DNA from: Azospira sp.
Lineage (GTDB): Bacteria > Pseudomonadota > Gammaproteobacteria > Burkholderiales > Rhodocyclaceae
Direction of reading: 5' to 3'
NCBI GenBank assembly: GCA_035345235.1
Contig: DAORCC010000002.1
Location: forward strand, 8,838-60,310
Length of the DNA stretch: 51,473 nt
Part shown: positions 28,297 to 38,616 of the stretch, one piece after another
Layout of the letters: each line of letters starts with the position of its first letter
Numbering within the stretch: the first letter of the stretch is position 1
Notes under the pieces: generated by a model
The model's database searches: none
Told to the model about the DNA's origin: nothing
What the model saw: only the letters and a program-made list of their open reading frames with translations
Made by a program: the position numbers and the translations under genes

Positions 28297-29448
28297 ATGA
28301 AAACAGGACAGGTCGTGGTGCGCGATTTGGCGGCACTGCCGCAGGCCGTTGCTGCGCTGCAGGCGATCGCGCCGCAGTGGGTTCTGGTTTTTGGAGCGAC
28401 TTCCTTTTTCGCGACACCGGCGTTCACCGAGGCGCTACGTGAGGCGTTTCCGGGTGCCGTGCTGCTCGGTTGCTCGACGGCCGGAGAAATCGGCCGCAAT
28501 GGTGTCGATGACAATACCTGCGTGGTGACCGCCGTACATCTCGATCATGTCGGCCTGAAATCGGCGGCGACCGCGCTCCAGGGGATGGACGATTCGCGTG
28601 CAGCAGGGGTACGCATCGGTGAGCAGCTGCAGGCGATCGACCTGCGTGCCGTCATGGTCTTCGGGCCGGGCGTGGCGATCAACGGCAGTGCGCTCGTCGA
28701 CGGCATCACCTCGGTCATTGGCGACAACATCCCGCTGACGGGCGGATTGGCTGGCGACGGTGGCGCATTTCAGCGAACCTGGACGCTGGGCCCGGCCGGC
28801 AGCACCGACAATGGCATCGTCGCTATCGGCCTGACCGGCGCAGGCCTGCACTTCTGCCACGGCTCATTCGGTGGCTGGGAACCCTTTGGTCCGGCGCGCA
28901 AGGTGACGCGTTGCGAGGGCAACGTACTTTTCGAGCTGGACGGTGAGCCGGCGCTGGAGGTGTATAAACGCTATCTCGGCGATTACGCCAAGGGCCTGCC
29001 GGCCTCGGGACTGCTCTTCCCGTTCGCGATGCTTGGCGGGAATCATGACGAGATCGGCCTGATTCGGACGATCCTCGGCGTTTCAGAGGCGGACGGCAGC
29101 CTGACGCTCGCCGGCGAGATCGTCCCCGATGGTTTCCTCAAGCTGATGCATGCCAGTACCGACAGCCTGGTCAATGGGTCAGAGGCCGCTGCCGAGGCGG
29201 CGATGTCGATGCAGGGTGCGGCGAGTGACGGGACCGGCCGACTTGCCGTGCTGGTCAGCTGTGTTGGCCGTAAGCTGGTGATGGGTGAGCGCGTGGATGA
29301 GGAGGTCGAGGCGGTTGGCGAGGTGTTCGGTAGCGGCGCCATGCTGACCGGTTTCTATTCCTACGGTGAGATCAGCCCGTTTGCACCGGGCGTATCGTGC
29401 AAGCTGCACAACCAGACGATGACGGTTACCCTCATCGGCGAAAACTGA
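28297..29448 (+). CDS. FIST-domain protein (NosP-like heme/NO sensor)
   Basis: GCSTAGEI, TGGLAGD, GWEPFG, LFELDGEPAL..YKRYLG, LVSCVGRK, GFYSYGEI, LHNQTMT. Confidence 0.9.
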   Translation: MKTGQVVVRDLAALPQAVAALQAIAPQWVLVFGATSFFATPAFTEALREAFPGAVLLGCSTAGEIGRNGVDDNTCVVTAVHLDHVGLKSAATALQGMDDSRAAGVRIGEQLQAIDLRAVMVFGPGVAINGSALVDGITSVIGDNIPLTGGLAGDGGAFQRTWTLGPAGSTDNGIVAIGLTGAGLHFCHGSFGGWEPFGPARKVTRCEGNVLFELDGEPALEVYKRYLGDYAKGLPASGLLFPFAMLGGNHDEIGLIRTILGVSEADGSLTLAGEIVPDGFLKLMHASTDSLVNGSEAAAEAAMSMQGAASDGTGRLAVLVSCVGRKLVMGERVDEEVEAVGEVFGSGAMLTGFYSYGEISPFAPGVSCKLHNQTMTVTLIGEN

Positions 29449-29455
29449 CGGCACC

Positions 29456-32400
29456 ATGCATCGCGGACTGCAGCGCCAACTGAAGCGCATCGCCGGCATC
29501 GCCGACGATGCCGCGCTTGCTGCGGTGCTGCAGGAACTGCGCGATCTGGCCGGCGCGCAAGGCATGTCGTCCGGCGCGGCCGCCGTGCTTGCCGGCATGG
29601 AAGGCCTGCTCGCGCGGATCGATGGCACCTACGAACAGTACGAACGCGACTTGGCGCTGCGTACCCGCAGCCTCGAACTGTCATCGGCCGAACTTTCGTC
29701 GGCCAATGAGCAATTGCGCGGCGACCTGGCCAGCCGCAATCGGGCGCTAAAAGCCCTGCGTGAAACGGTGGCGGGCCTGCTGCCGGAAGAGACCGGCACC
29801 GATGCGGCGGCCTCGCTGGTCGGTAGCGACCTCGAGTCGCTGGCAGTGCTGATGGCGCGCCTGATCGAACGGCGCGAATTGGAGCGACGCGAGCTCGATA
29901 ACCAGAAATTCGCGCTTGACCAGCATGCCATCGTCAGCATCACCGACACGCAAGGCGTCATCCTCTATGCCAACGAACGTTTCTGCGAGATCAGTGGCTA
30001 CTCCCGCGAGGAATTGATCGGGCAGCCGCACCGCATCGTCAAATCCGGGGTGCATCCGCCGGCGGTGTTTGCCGACATGTGGGGCACGATTTCTTCCGGC
30101 AAGGTCTGGCACGGCGAAATCTGCAATCGCCGCAAGAACGGTGAGCTTTACTGGGTGTCAGCGACGATCGTGCCGTTTCTCGACAGCATCGGTCTGCCGA
30201 TCCGCTATATCGGTATCCGCACCGACATCACCGCGCGCAAGGCGATGGAGGCCGAGCTGGAGGAGCAGCTGCGGCTGGTCGAGGATCTGATCGAGGCGAT
30301 TCCGGTGCCGCTCTACCTGAAGGACACTGAAGGGCGCTATCAGTGCCTCAATCGTGCCTTCGAGTCATTCTTCGCGATCCGGCGCGAGGACTATCTGCAG
30401 CGCAGTCTGCATGACCTGATGCTTCCGGAGGACGCAGCGATTCATGCGGGCAAGGACGAAGAGCTGTTCCGCAATGGGGGCAGCCAGATCTATGACGCCC
30501 GCGTCACCGCCCGCGACGGCACCGTGCACGACACCATCTATCGCAAGGCGATCCTGAGACGACCTGACGGCAGTGTTCGCGGGCTGCTCGGCACGATCAT
30601 CGACATCACCGAGCGCAAGGAGGCGGAGGCAGCGCTGATGCGGGCGATGGAGGCGGCAGAGGCCGCCAATCGCGCGAAATCTGATTTTCTCGCCAACATG
30701 AGCCACGAGATCCGCACGCCGATGAATGGTGTCATCGGCATGACCGAACTGGCGCTGGGCAGCAAGCTCGATGACGAGCCCCGTGAGTACCTGCAGATCG
30801 TCAAGTCGTCGGCCGAGTCGCTGCTCACGATCATCAACGACATCCTCGATTTTTCGAAGATCGAAGCCGGCAAGATGCATATCGAACGCATTTCGTTCCA
30901 TCTGCCGCGGCTGTTCTCGGATGCGATGAAGACGATCGCGCTGCGCGCCCACGAGAAAGGGCTGGAACTCGTGCTTGATCTAGACCCGGCGCTGCCCGCG
31001 TTCGCCATCGGCGACCCGGGACGCATCCGGCAGGTCCTGCTCAATCTGGCAGGCAATGCATTGAAGTTCACCGAATGCGGGGAGATCGTGATCCGGGTGC
31101 GCCCGGGAGCACAAGCGGGCCACGTGCGCTGCGAGGTCAGCGATACGGGCATCGGCATTGCCGCCGACAAGCTGGCCCATATCTTCGAGGCGTTCGCCCA
31201 GGAGGACAGCTCGACGACCCGCCGCTTCGGCGGTACGGGATTGGGCCTGACCATCTCGAACCGGCTGGTGATGATGATGGCGGGCCGTCTCTGGGTCGAG
31301 AGTACACCGGGAGCGGGCAGCACCTTCCTGTTCGAGTTGCCGTTGCCGGCCGATACCGAGCGACGCGATGCCGTCGTGTCGCCAGCGTCGCTGGCCGGCA
31401 TGCGCGTGCTGTTGGTCGATGACAACGCCACCAACCGCCTCGTGCTGTCCCGGATGTTCGAGAACTGGGGCATGCAGGTGACGGCACTGGCGACCGGTGC
31501 CGATGCGCTGTTCAGTATCGACCGCGTCGTCCCACAGCTGATCGTCCTCGATGCACAGATGCCGGAAATGGACGGTTTCACGCTGGCGGCCCGTCTGCGG
31601 GATGATCCGCGCACGGCGGATGTGCCGAAGATCATGCTCTCCTCCGGTGCCACGCGGGGCGATGCGCAGCACTGCCGCGAGAACGGCATCACGGCCTATT
31701 TCAGCAAGCCGATTGCCCAACAGGAATTGCTGGAGGGCTTGCAGGCAGTGCTCGGCACCGACTGCCAGGGCGCTCGCCCCGAGCTCGTGACGCGACACTC
31801 CCTGCGTGAATCCCGGGGGGCACAGCGGGTGCTTGACGTGCTGCTTGTCGAGGATCATCCGATCAACCAGAAACTGGCCGTTTCCCTGCTCGACAAATGG
31901 GGGCATCGCGTCACGCTCGCCGCCAACGGCCAGGAAGCGCTCGACCACGTTGCCCGGCAGAACTTCGACGTCATCCTGATGGACCTGCAGATGCCGGTCA
32001 TGGGCGGCCTGGAAGCGACTCAGCGCCTGCGCATCGCCGGCTGCCGGACGCGTATCGTGGCGATGACCGCCAATGCGATGGAGGGCGATCGTGAACTCTG
32101 CCTCGATGCCGGCATGGACGACTACATCGCGAAACCGATCAAGGCGGACGAACTTTTCGCGCTATTGCACCCGTCCCGACGGGTAGAGGTGGAGACAGGA
32201 GCGGGGGGGGGCGAGGCCGCCGAGGCGGTTCAAGCATTCGATTATGCGGCAGCCCTCGGCGAGGTCGACCCCGAGATCGTCGAGGTGATCGCCCCGCTTT
32301 TCGTCGAGGCCTGCCCGGACGATCTTGCCCGCCTGAAGCAGGGGATGGCCGAGGGAGATCTCGCGCTGGCGCGGCGGCAGGCGCATACGCTGCGTGGCTT

Positions 32401-32563
32401 GGCCGGCAATTTCGGGGCCCAGCCGGTGGTCCGCGAAGCCCGGACGATCGAGGAGGCGCTGCAGCGCGGGGCAGTAGATGTTGCCCGCGACGCCCTGCCG
32501 GTACTGGAAGTGCAGCTGGCGGCCCTGATCGAAGTCCTCCGGGAGCGCGGCCAAGTCCGGTAA
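29456..32563 (+). CDS. Hybrid histidine kinase (PAS-PAS-HisKA-HATPase-REC-REC-Hpt), NosP-associated
   Basis: PAS (YANERFCEISGYSREELIG), H-box FLANMSHEIRTPMNG, NLAGNALKFT, DTGIG, GGTGLGL, two REC domains (LDAQMP, MDLQMP), Hpt AHTLRG; starts 7 bp after the FIST gene. Confidence 0.94.
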   Translation: MHRGLQRQLKRIAGIADDAALAAVLQELRDLAGAQGMSSGAAAVLAGMEGLLARIDGTYEQYERDLALRTRSLELSSAELSSANEQLRGDLASRNRALKALRETVAGLLPEETGTDAAASLVGSDLESLAVLMARLIERRELERRELDNQKFALDQHAIVSITDTQGVILYANERFCEISGYSREELIGQPHRIVKSGVHPPAVFADMWGTISSGKVWHGEICNRRKNGELYWVSATIVPFLDSIGLPIRYIGIRTDITARKAMEAELEEQLRLVEDLIEAIPVPLYLKDTEGRYQCLNRAFESFFAIRREDYLQRSLHDLMLPEDAAIHAGKDEELFRNGGSQIYDARVTARDGTVHDTIYRKAILRRPDGSVRGLLGTIIDITERKEAEAALMRAMEAAEAANRAKSDFLANMSHEIRTPMNGVIGMTELALGSKLDDEPREYLQIVKSSAESLLTIINDILDFSKIEAGKMHIERISFHLPRLFSDAMKTIALRAHEKGLELVLDLDPALPAFAIGDPGRIRQVLLNLAGNALKFTECGEIVIRVRPGAQAGHVRCEVSDTGIGIAADKLAHIFEAFAQEDSSTTRRFGGTGLGLTISNRLVMMMAGRLWVESTPGAGSTFLFELPLPADTERRDAVVSPASLAGMRVLLVDDNATNRLVLSRMFENWGMQVTALATGADALFSIDRVVPQLIVLDAQMPEMDGFTLAARLRDDPRTADVPKIMLSSGATRGDAQHCRENGITAYFSKPIAQQELLEGLQAVLGTDCQGARPELVTRHSLRESRGAQRVLDVLLVEDHPINQKLAVSLLDKWGHRVTLAANGQEALDHVARQNFDVILMDLQMPVMGGLEATQRLRIAGCRTRIVAMTANAMEGDRELCLDAGMDDYIAKPIKADELFALLHPSRRVEVETGAGGGEAAEAVQAFDYAAALGEVDPEIVEVIAPLFVEACPDDLARLKQGMAEGDLALARRQAHTLRGLAGNFGAQPVVREARTIEEALQRGAVDVARDALPVLEVQLAALIEVLRERGQVR

Positions 32564-32642
32564 ACTACGGGCTGTCCGCTTTCAGATGCGGCGGTTCGTG
32601 TGAACGCGTCGCTGTTTCGCTCTGCCATCCGTGATTCTGCCC

Positions 32643-33401
32643 ATGACCCCTTACAGCCTGACGCCCCTGCATGATCGGGTGATCCTCGTGACCGGTGCTG
32701 CCCGGCGTGTCGGCCGCGCCATCGTGCGCCACCTGCACGGTCAGGGTGCGCGCATCGTCCTGCACTGCCGGTCGGCACGCGCCGAGGCGGAAGCGCTGGC
32801 CGGTGCGCTCAACGGCGCGCGCATCGACTCGGCCATGGTGGTGCAGGCCGATCTTCTCGATACGGCCCAGTTGCCGGCGCTGGTCGCTGCCGTGACGGCA
32901 CGCTATGGACGACTCGATGGGCTCGTGAACAACGCATCGAGCTTCTATCCGACAGCCATTGGCGAAATCAACGAGACGGCCTGGCATGACCTCGTCGGCA
33001 GCAACTTCAAGGCGCCGCTGTTCCTGGCACAGGCGGCGGCCCCGGCGCTGCGCGTCAGCGCCGGGGCGATCGTCAATATCACCGATATTCATGCCGAGCG
33101 GCCGCTCCAGGGTTATCCGCTCTATAGCGCAGCGAAGGGCGCCCTCCTGACCTTGACGCGGGCACTGGCCGTCGAACTGGCGCCGGAAGTCCGCGTCAAT
33201 GCGGTGGCGCCGGGGCCGATTTTGTGGCCGGATGACGGACAGATCGACGACGGTTCGCGCGCCGAGATCGTGCGCCATACCTTGCTCAAGCGGGAAGGGA
33301 CGCCGGAGGATATTGCCGGGGCCGTCGCTTTCCTCATGTCGGCCGCTTACATCACCGGTCAGGTCATCAACGTCGATGGCGGGCGTACCGCTCATCTATA
33401 G
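32643..33401 (+). CDS. folM: Pteridine reductase / dihydromonapterin reductase (SDR)
   Basis: [49 protein letters not shown]. Confidence 0.85.
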   Translation: MTPYSLTPLHDRVILVTGAARRVGRAIVRHLHGQGARIVLHCRSARAEAEALAGALNGARIDSAMVVQADLLDTAQLPALVAAVTARYGRLDGLVNNASSFYPTAIGEINETAWHDLVGSNFKAPLFLAQAAAPALRVSAGAIVNITDIHAERPLQGYPLYSAAKGALLTLTRALAVELAPEVRVNAVAPGPILWPDDGQIDDGSRAEIVRHTLLKREGTPEDIAGAVAFLMSAAYITGQVINVDGGRTAHL

Positions 33402-33409
33402 GCAATAAC

Positions 33410-34288
33410 GTGGAAATCTCGAACAACGTCCAGAAACTCTTCAAGCGCCTGACCGGCAATGTCGGCAAGGCGATCGCCGACTACAACATGATCGAGCAGG
33501 GTGACACCGTGCTCGTCTGCGTCTCCGGCGGCAAGGATTCATTCACCCTTCTCAGCATCCTGATGGCGATGCAGGAGCGCGCGCCGATCGACTTCAAGCT
33601 CGTGGCGATGAATCTCGACCAGAAGCAGCCCGGCTTTCCGGAACACATCCTGCCCGGCTATTTCAAGCAGATCGGCGTCGACTTCCGCATTGTCGAAGCC
33701 GATACCTACTCGGTGGTGAAGGAAAAGATTCCCGAGGGCAAGACGACCTGCTCGCTCTGTTCGCGGCTGCGCCGCGGCATCATCTACCGGACGGCGAAGG
33801 AACTGGGTGCCAACAAGATTGCGCTCGGCCACCACCGTGACGACATGGTGCACACGCTTTTCCTCAACCTGCTCTTCGGCGGCAAGATCAAGGCGATGCC
33901 ACCGAAGCTGATCACCGATGACGGTGCCCACGTCGTGATCCGCCCGCTTGCCTACTGTGCCGAGGCTGATATCGCGCGCTATGCCCGTGCCGTCGAATAT
34001 CCGATCATTCCCTGCAACCTGTGCGGATCGCAGGAGAACATGCAGCGCAAGAAGATCCGCGAAATGATGCAGGACTGGGACCGTCGCTACCCCGGCCGCA
34101 CCGAAGCGGTGTTCACGGCGCTGCAGAACGTGGTGCCCTCGCATCTGGCCGACAACAAACTGTTCGATTTCCGTGGGCTGCAACTGGGCGATGCCGTCGA
34201 GGAGGGCGATACGGCGTTCGACGGCCCGCAGTTCGGGGAGGAGCTCAGCCTGCCCGAGCCGTTTCCGGTGCCGCTCAAGACCGCCTGA
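33410..34288 (+). CDS. ttcA: tRNA 2-thiocytidine(32) synthetase
   Basis: SGGKDS PP-loop, [37 protein letters not shown]. Confidence 0.96.
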   Translation: MEISNNVQKLFKRLTGNVGKAIADYNMIEQGDTVLVCVSGGKDSFTLLSILMAMQERAPIDFKLVAMNLDQKQPGFPEHILPGYFKQIGVDFRIVEADTYSVVKEKIPEGKTTCSLCSRLRRGIIYRTAKELGANKIALGHHRDDMVHTLFLNLLFGGKIKAMPPKLITDDGAHVVIRPLAYCAEADIARYARAVEYPIIPCNLCGSQENMQRKKIREMMQDWDRRYPGRTEAVFTALQNVVPSHLADNKLFDFRGLQLGDAVEEGDTAFDGPQFGEELSLPEPFPVPLKTA

Positions 34289-34309
34289 GGCCGGTCGGCC
34301 TCTGCAGTC

Positions 34310-35179
34310 CTAGCGCGCTGAACTGCCTGTCAGCGCGCGTCGTTCTCGCGCTTGCCAGTCGGGCGTGGCCCGTTCCAGGGCAATGGCCGACCAGATGCGA
34401 CGCGCGAGTTCCGGATCCTCGCGAGTGAACCGGTGCGAGAGCATCAGGTAGTATGGTTTCTCGGCGTAGGCTCGTGGCAACACCTCCACCTTTCCGGCAA
34501 GCGCAGGATCGTCCGCCAGCAGTGCGGCGACTTCCCCCTGTAGCAGTATCGCGACATCGATGCGGCCGCGCAGCAGTTTCTGCAGCACGTCGACGGTCGT
34601 CGGCGCGCCGTCATCGACGGCGATGCCGGCGCGCTTGAGATCATCGACGACCGAGTAACCGAGCGGTGCGCCAGCCGGATTGGCGAGGCGTTCGAAGGTC
34701 TTGCCGTTCCAGTCGGCGGCGCTGCCCTGACGCCTGACCACAACATAGCGCTCGACATGCAGGGCCCTGGCCGGATCGGCCACATCCGGGTTCGCGGGGT
34801 GCTGGGGATAGCTGCCGTTTTCCTGACGCTCCGTCTTGAAACTCGCGTCCATGACACCGGAAACCATATTGCCTTTCACGTCGAGCAGGCAACGCTTCCA
34901 CGGGGCTGCCTGATAGCGGAAATGCAGGCCGAGACGCGCCGCGACCCGGTCCAGCAATTCGAAGTTCAGACCGGTGCCGTCACGGTACTGCCATGGCCGG
35001 ATATTTTCGCTTTCGTAGCAGAACGTCAGCTCCCCCTTCTCGGCTGCAGTGGCGCTCACTGCGGCCAGCAGCATCCAGGCCAGCCAGCGCCGCAGGCTCC
35101 CGAACAAGAGGAGGGCGGACGGCCGCCCCGTGAGGCGGCGGTGAAGATTCAGGAAAATGTTCAGGGTCGGATGCAACAT
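34310..35179 (-). CDS. Orphan periplasmic substrate-binding protein (family 3-like); start uncertain
   Basis: PWQY..GTGLNFELL, APWKRCL, SFKTERQ..YP, LGYSV, KLLRGRID, YYLMLSH. Confidence 0.8.
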   Translation of the reverse strand: MLHPTLNIFLNLHRRLTGRPSALLLFGSLRRWLAWMLLAAVSATAAEKGELTFCYESENIRPWQYRDGTGLNFELLDRVAARLGLHFRYQAAPWKRCLLDVKGNMVSGVMDASFKTERQENGSYPQHPANPDVADPARALHVERYVVVRRQGSAADWNGKTFERLANPAGAPLGYSVVDDLKRAGIAVDDGAPTTVDVLQKLLRGRIDVAILLQGEVAALLADDPALAGKVEVLPRAYAEKPYYLMLSHRFTREDPELARRIWSAIALERATPDWQARERRALTGSSAR

Positions 35180-35288
35180 TGATCCATCATAGAAGCGATG
35201 CCCTAGGCACGCAATCGATCGCTGGGCAAGTGATTGAATCTGATAGAATCCTCGGCCATTGCCGAATATATGGCTCAGGAGTGAATCG

Positions 35289-36197
35289 ATGAGTGGTAAC
35301 GAACGGGAACTGGCCGTCCTGTTTGCCGATGTTTCGGGCAGCACCCGGCTCTATGAAAAGCTGGGCGATACGGAAGCGCTGCGCGCCGTCGAGCGTTGCA
35401 TAAAACGCATGGAACGTGCCGTCGAGGCTTTTCGCGGCAAGGTGGTCAAGACCATCGGTGACGAGGTCATGGCGGTCTTCGATTCGGCAGAAGAGGCTTT
35501 CCAGTCAGCCGGTGAAATGCAGCAGCGCATCACTGACCTGCCGCCGGTTTCGGGCGTCAAGCTGGCAATCCGCCTCGGCTTCCATTTTGGCCCGGTTATC
35601 GAGGACAAGGGCGACTACTTCGGCGACACCGTCAATACGGCGGCGCGCCTCGCCGGTCTGGCCAAGGCCGGGCAGGCCCTGACCAGCGGCGATACGGTGG
35701 CGCGCCTGCCGGAACTGCTGCAGTGCTCGACACGCGACCTCGACCAGATGTCGGTCAAGGGCAAGGCGGAAGAACTGCACGTCTTCGAGGTGCTCTGGCA
35801 GGAAGGGGAGGAGTTGACGATGAAGGCGCCGTCGATTCGTGCCGGTGCCAAGAGTGCCGCGTCGGCAGGCGCCGCACCGCGTCTGTGCGTGCGTTACGCC
35901 GGCGAAGTGATGGTGCTCGATGAGAAGCGCCCGGGACTTTCGATGGGCCGGGATGCGGCATGCGACCTGATGATCCGTGACCGTCGTGCCTCGCGTAACC
36001 ACGGCAAGATCGAGCGTCGCGGCGACAAATACGTTCTCGTCGACATTTCGACCAATGGTACCTACGTGCAATTGAAGGGCGAGGCCGAGTTCCTGCTGCG
36101 TCGCGAGGAGTTGGTGCTGCGCGGCAGCGGCCGCATTTCGTTTGCTTCGCCCGGCGAGACCGAAGGGGCCGATATCGCGGAGTTCGAGACGCTTTAA
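35289..36197 (+). CDS. Class III adenylate cyclase with C-terminal FHA domain
   Basis: VLFADVSGST, VKTIGDEVM, IRLGFHFGPV, DYFGDTVNTAARL (Lys/Asp pair indicating ATP specificity); FHA motifs MGR..CD, ASRNH, STNGTYV. Confidence 0.92.
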   Translation: MSGNERELAVLFADVSGSTRLYEKLGDTEALRAVERCIKRMERAVEAFRGKVVKTIGDEVMAVFDSAEEAFQSAGEMQQRITDLPPVSGVKLAIRLGFHFGPVIEDKGDYFGDTVNTAARLAGLAKAGQALTSGDTVARLPELLQCSTRDLDQMSVKGKAEELHVFEVLWQEGEELTMKAPSIRAGAKSAASAGAAPRLCVRYAGEVMVLDEKRPGLSMGRDAACDLMIRDRRASRNHGKIERRGDKYVLVDISTNGTYVQLKGEAEFLLRREELVLRGSGRISFASPGETEGADIAEFETL

Positions 36198-36228
36198 AGC
36201 AAGCGCCGGCATCGGCGGCAGAATGAAG

Positions 36229-36267
36229 AACGGGCGGCGAGCATACCTCGCCGCCCGTTTGTTTTTT
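36229..36267 (+). terminator. Rho-independent terminator after cyclase-FHA (possibly bidirectional)
   Basis: AACGGGCGGCGAG-catac-CTCGCCGCCCGTT 13-bp perfect stem followed by tgtttttt. Confidence 0.85.
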
Positions 36268-36272
36268 GCCGT

Positions 36273-38591
36273 TCAGATGCTGAATTTCTTCAGCGTCTCC
36301 GGGTTCTTCACGACTGCCTTCCGCCGCTCCGCCGGCGCCTCGTAAAGTGCAGCAGGCGGCAGCGTGTCGAGACGGGCCAGCGTTGCGGGGTCCTTGCAGC
36401 CGGGTTCGAGCGTGATGCTGAAGCTGTTGCCGCTCGCCGTGCCGACGGCGAAGCACGTCTTGCCGAGTTTGGCGTTGAGCGGCTGGACGATGGTTGCCGC
36501 AACCAGGTCGGCCGCATTGCCGCCGCCGGCCAGTTCGACGTCGAAGCCGTCGCCGGCGGCCTTGATGTCGAGCACGTTGCGCAGGCCGCTGATCTCGCGC
36601 TGCAGTTGCACCAGCCATTCGTTGCCGGGCAGGCCGGTCAGCTTGAGCCTGAGCTTCTGGCCGGTGAAGTGGAAGTGCGACAGGAAGAAGCCTTTCGAGA
36701 ACTCGTCGCCGATCTGCTTGCCGATGTCGCGCAAGGCCTGATCCTCGGTCGCCCAGCTCTGTTTCTCGGGGATCTGGGTGTTGAAGTAGATTTCCTCGCC
36801 GGTGCCCTTGTCCACTGCCTTGACGGTCCACGAAGTGAGGACCGTCTTCTCGACGGTGATGCCGGAAGCGGCGAGCGTTGCGGTCAGCTTCTTGAACTTG
36901 GCCTCGCCGCTGACGGCGAAATCGGCGCCGGCCTGCCCCTCTTCGCTCCAGGTGCGGAAACCGAAGGACTGGATGCGCTCCTTGAGGATGTTCTCGGCGA
37001 CCGGCGAGCGCGCCGGCTGGCCTTCCTCTGGCTTGGTACTGATGGCGACGGAGATCTTCGGATCGCCGTTGTTGCGGATGAATTCGACGCGCTCATCGCG
37101 CGACATCTGGTTCAGTGTCTGCTGCACCAGTCGCACATTGACGCGCGCCCGCGTCGTCACCGAGGCGAGGCCATCCTTGCCGGTCTGCGGCGGATCTTCC
37201 TGCAGCACGGCGGCGATGAATTCGTTACTGCGTGGCAGGAGGCGGGTACGCACCAGTTCGTAGTTGTCAGAGAGCGACTGTTTCTGCACGTAGAGCGACA
37301 GGGCCTTCTCGACCAGCTGGCGCTTCGCATCCTCGCGCAGTTCGGCCTTCAGCAGGCCGGGGTCGCTGGCATAACGGGGATCGCTCGGGTCGGCGTAGCC
37401 GACGGCGGTGATCACCATTTCCTTGTCGTTCGCGGGCGCAGCCTTGGTGGCCGTCGTGGTCGTGGCCGCAGCAGGTGTCGTGGCCACATCCGCCGGCGCA
37501 GAACTGCCGCTCTTGCCGAGCAGCATCCACGCCCCGGCGCCCAGCCCGACGGCGGCGATGCCGCCGACGATGGCCAGCGCCAGAGCCGGCGATTTTTTCG
37601 CGGTGGGGGCGGGCGGTGGGACGCTGCCTGCCGGCGCGTTGTCCACGGCCACCGGCTTTGCGGCGGGTGCCGGCTTTACGCGTGTCGCTTCGGGACTGCC
37701 GGGCATGAGCGTCGCTTCGGCATCGCCGCCCGCACCGATCAGTGTCGCGTCGCTGTCGACCTGCGCGCCACCGGTCGCCGTTGCCTGCAGGGCTGCAATG
37801 AAGGCCTGTGCAGTCTGGAACCGTTCGTCGGGGCGCTTCGCCAGCGCCTTCTTCATCAGCGAGTCGAATCCTGGCGGCACCTGCACGTTCAGTTCCGACG
37901 GCGCGATCGGCTCCTCCTTCAGCACCTTGTGCATGATCGTCGTCAGCTGGCCGGTAAACGGTTTTTCGCCGGTGAGGAACTGGTAGAGGATGACGCCGGC
38001 GGAGAACAGATCGGAGCGCCCGTCGATGGTCTGCCCCATGAACTGCTCGGGCGACATGTAGGCCGGTGTGCCGAGCACCGAGCCGGCCTGGGTCAGGTTC
38101 GAGGATTCGAGGCGGGCGATGCCGAAATCGCCGACCTTGACGCGCCCGTCCTTGAGCAGGAAGACGTTGGCCGGCTTGATGTCGCGATGCACGATGCCGT
38201 TCGTATGCGCGTGGCCGATCGCTTCCAGCAGTTGGGTCATGATGCGGACGATCTCGCCGATCGGCAGGCGCTCGTCCTTGTCGAAGACGTCCTTGAGTTC
38301 GCGGCCCTCGACGAACTCCATCGCAATGAAGGCGGTGCCGGCGTCCTCACCGTATTCATAGACCGCGACGATGCCGGGATGGTTGACGCGTCCTGCGGCC
38401 TGCGCCTCGCGCTTGAAGCGCGACAGCAGTTCCTCGGCCTCGCCGCCCTCGAGCTGGTCGCGGCGTACGGTCTTGAGCGCAACGCGTCGCCCGATGCTGG
38501 GATCCCAGCCGTCGTAGACCACACCCATTGCGCCGCGGCCGAGTTCGCCGCGGATTTCATACTTGCCCAGATGGTCCGGAACGTCTGCCAT
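36273..38591 (-). CDS. Membrane Hanks-type Ser/Thr protein kinase with large periplasmic region
   Basis: ATG at 38591 after GGGGAG; GRGAMGVV, VALK, HRDIKPAN, DFG, GTPAYMSPEQ, SDLFSAG; Pro/Ala linker; TM ALAIVGGIAAVGLGAGAWMLL; about 400-aa extracytoplasmic region. Confidence 0.93.
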   Translation of the reverse strand: MADVPDHLGKYEIRGELGRGAMGVVYDGWDPSIGRRVALKTVRRDQLEGGEAEELLSRFKREAQAAGRVNHPGIVAVYEYGEDAGTAFIAMEFVEGRELKDVFDKDERLPIGEIVRIMTQLLEAIGHAHTNGIVHRDIKPANVFLLKDGRVKVGDFGIARLESSNLTQAGSVLGTPAYMSPEQFMGQTIDGRSDLFSAGVILYQFLTGEKPFTGQLTTIMHKVLKEEPIAPSELNVQVPPGFDSLMKKALAKRPDERFQTAQAFIAALQATATGGAQVDSDATLIGAGGDAEATLMPGSPEATRVKPAPAAKPVAVDNAPAGSVPPPAPTAKKSPALALAIVGGIAAVGLGAGAWMLLGKSGSSAPADVATTPAAATTTTATKAAPANDKEMVITAVGYADPSDPRYASDPGLLKAELREDAKRQLVEKALSLYVQKQSLSDNYELVRTRLLPRSNEFIAAVLQEDPPQTGKDGLASVTTRARVNVRLVQQTLNQMSRDERVEFIRNNGDPKISVAISTKPEEGQPARSPVAENILKERIQSFGFRTWSEEGQAGADFAVSGEAKFKKLTATLAASGITVEKTVLTSWTVKAVDKGTGEEIYFNTQIPEKQSWATEDQALRDIGKQIGDEFSKGFFLSHFHFTGQKLRLKLTGLPGNEWLVQLQREISGLRNVLDIKAAGDGFDVELAGGGNAADLVAATIVQPLNAKLGKTCFAVGTASGNSFSITLEPGCKDPATLARLDTLPPAALYEAPAERRKAVVKNPETLKKFSI

Positions 38592-38616
38592 GCTTGTCTC
38601 CCCTGCGTGCAGCGGG

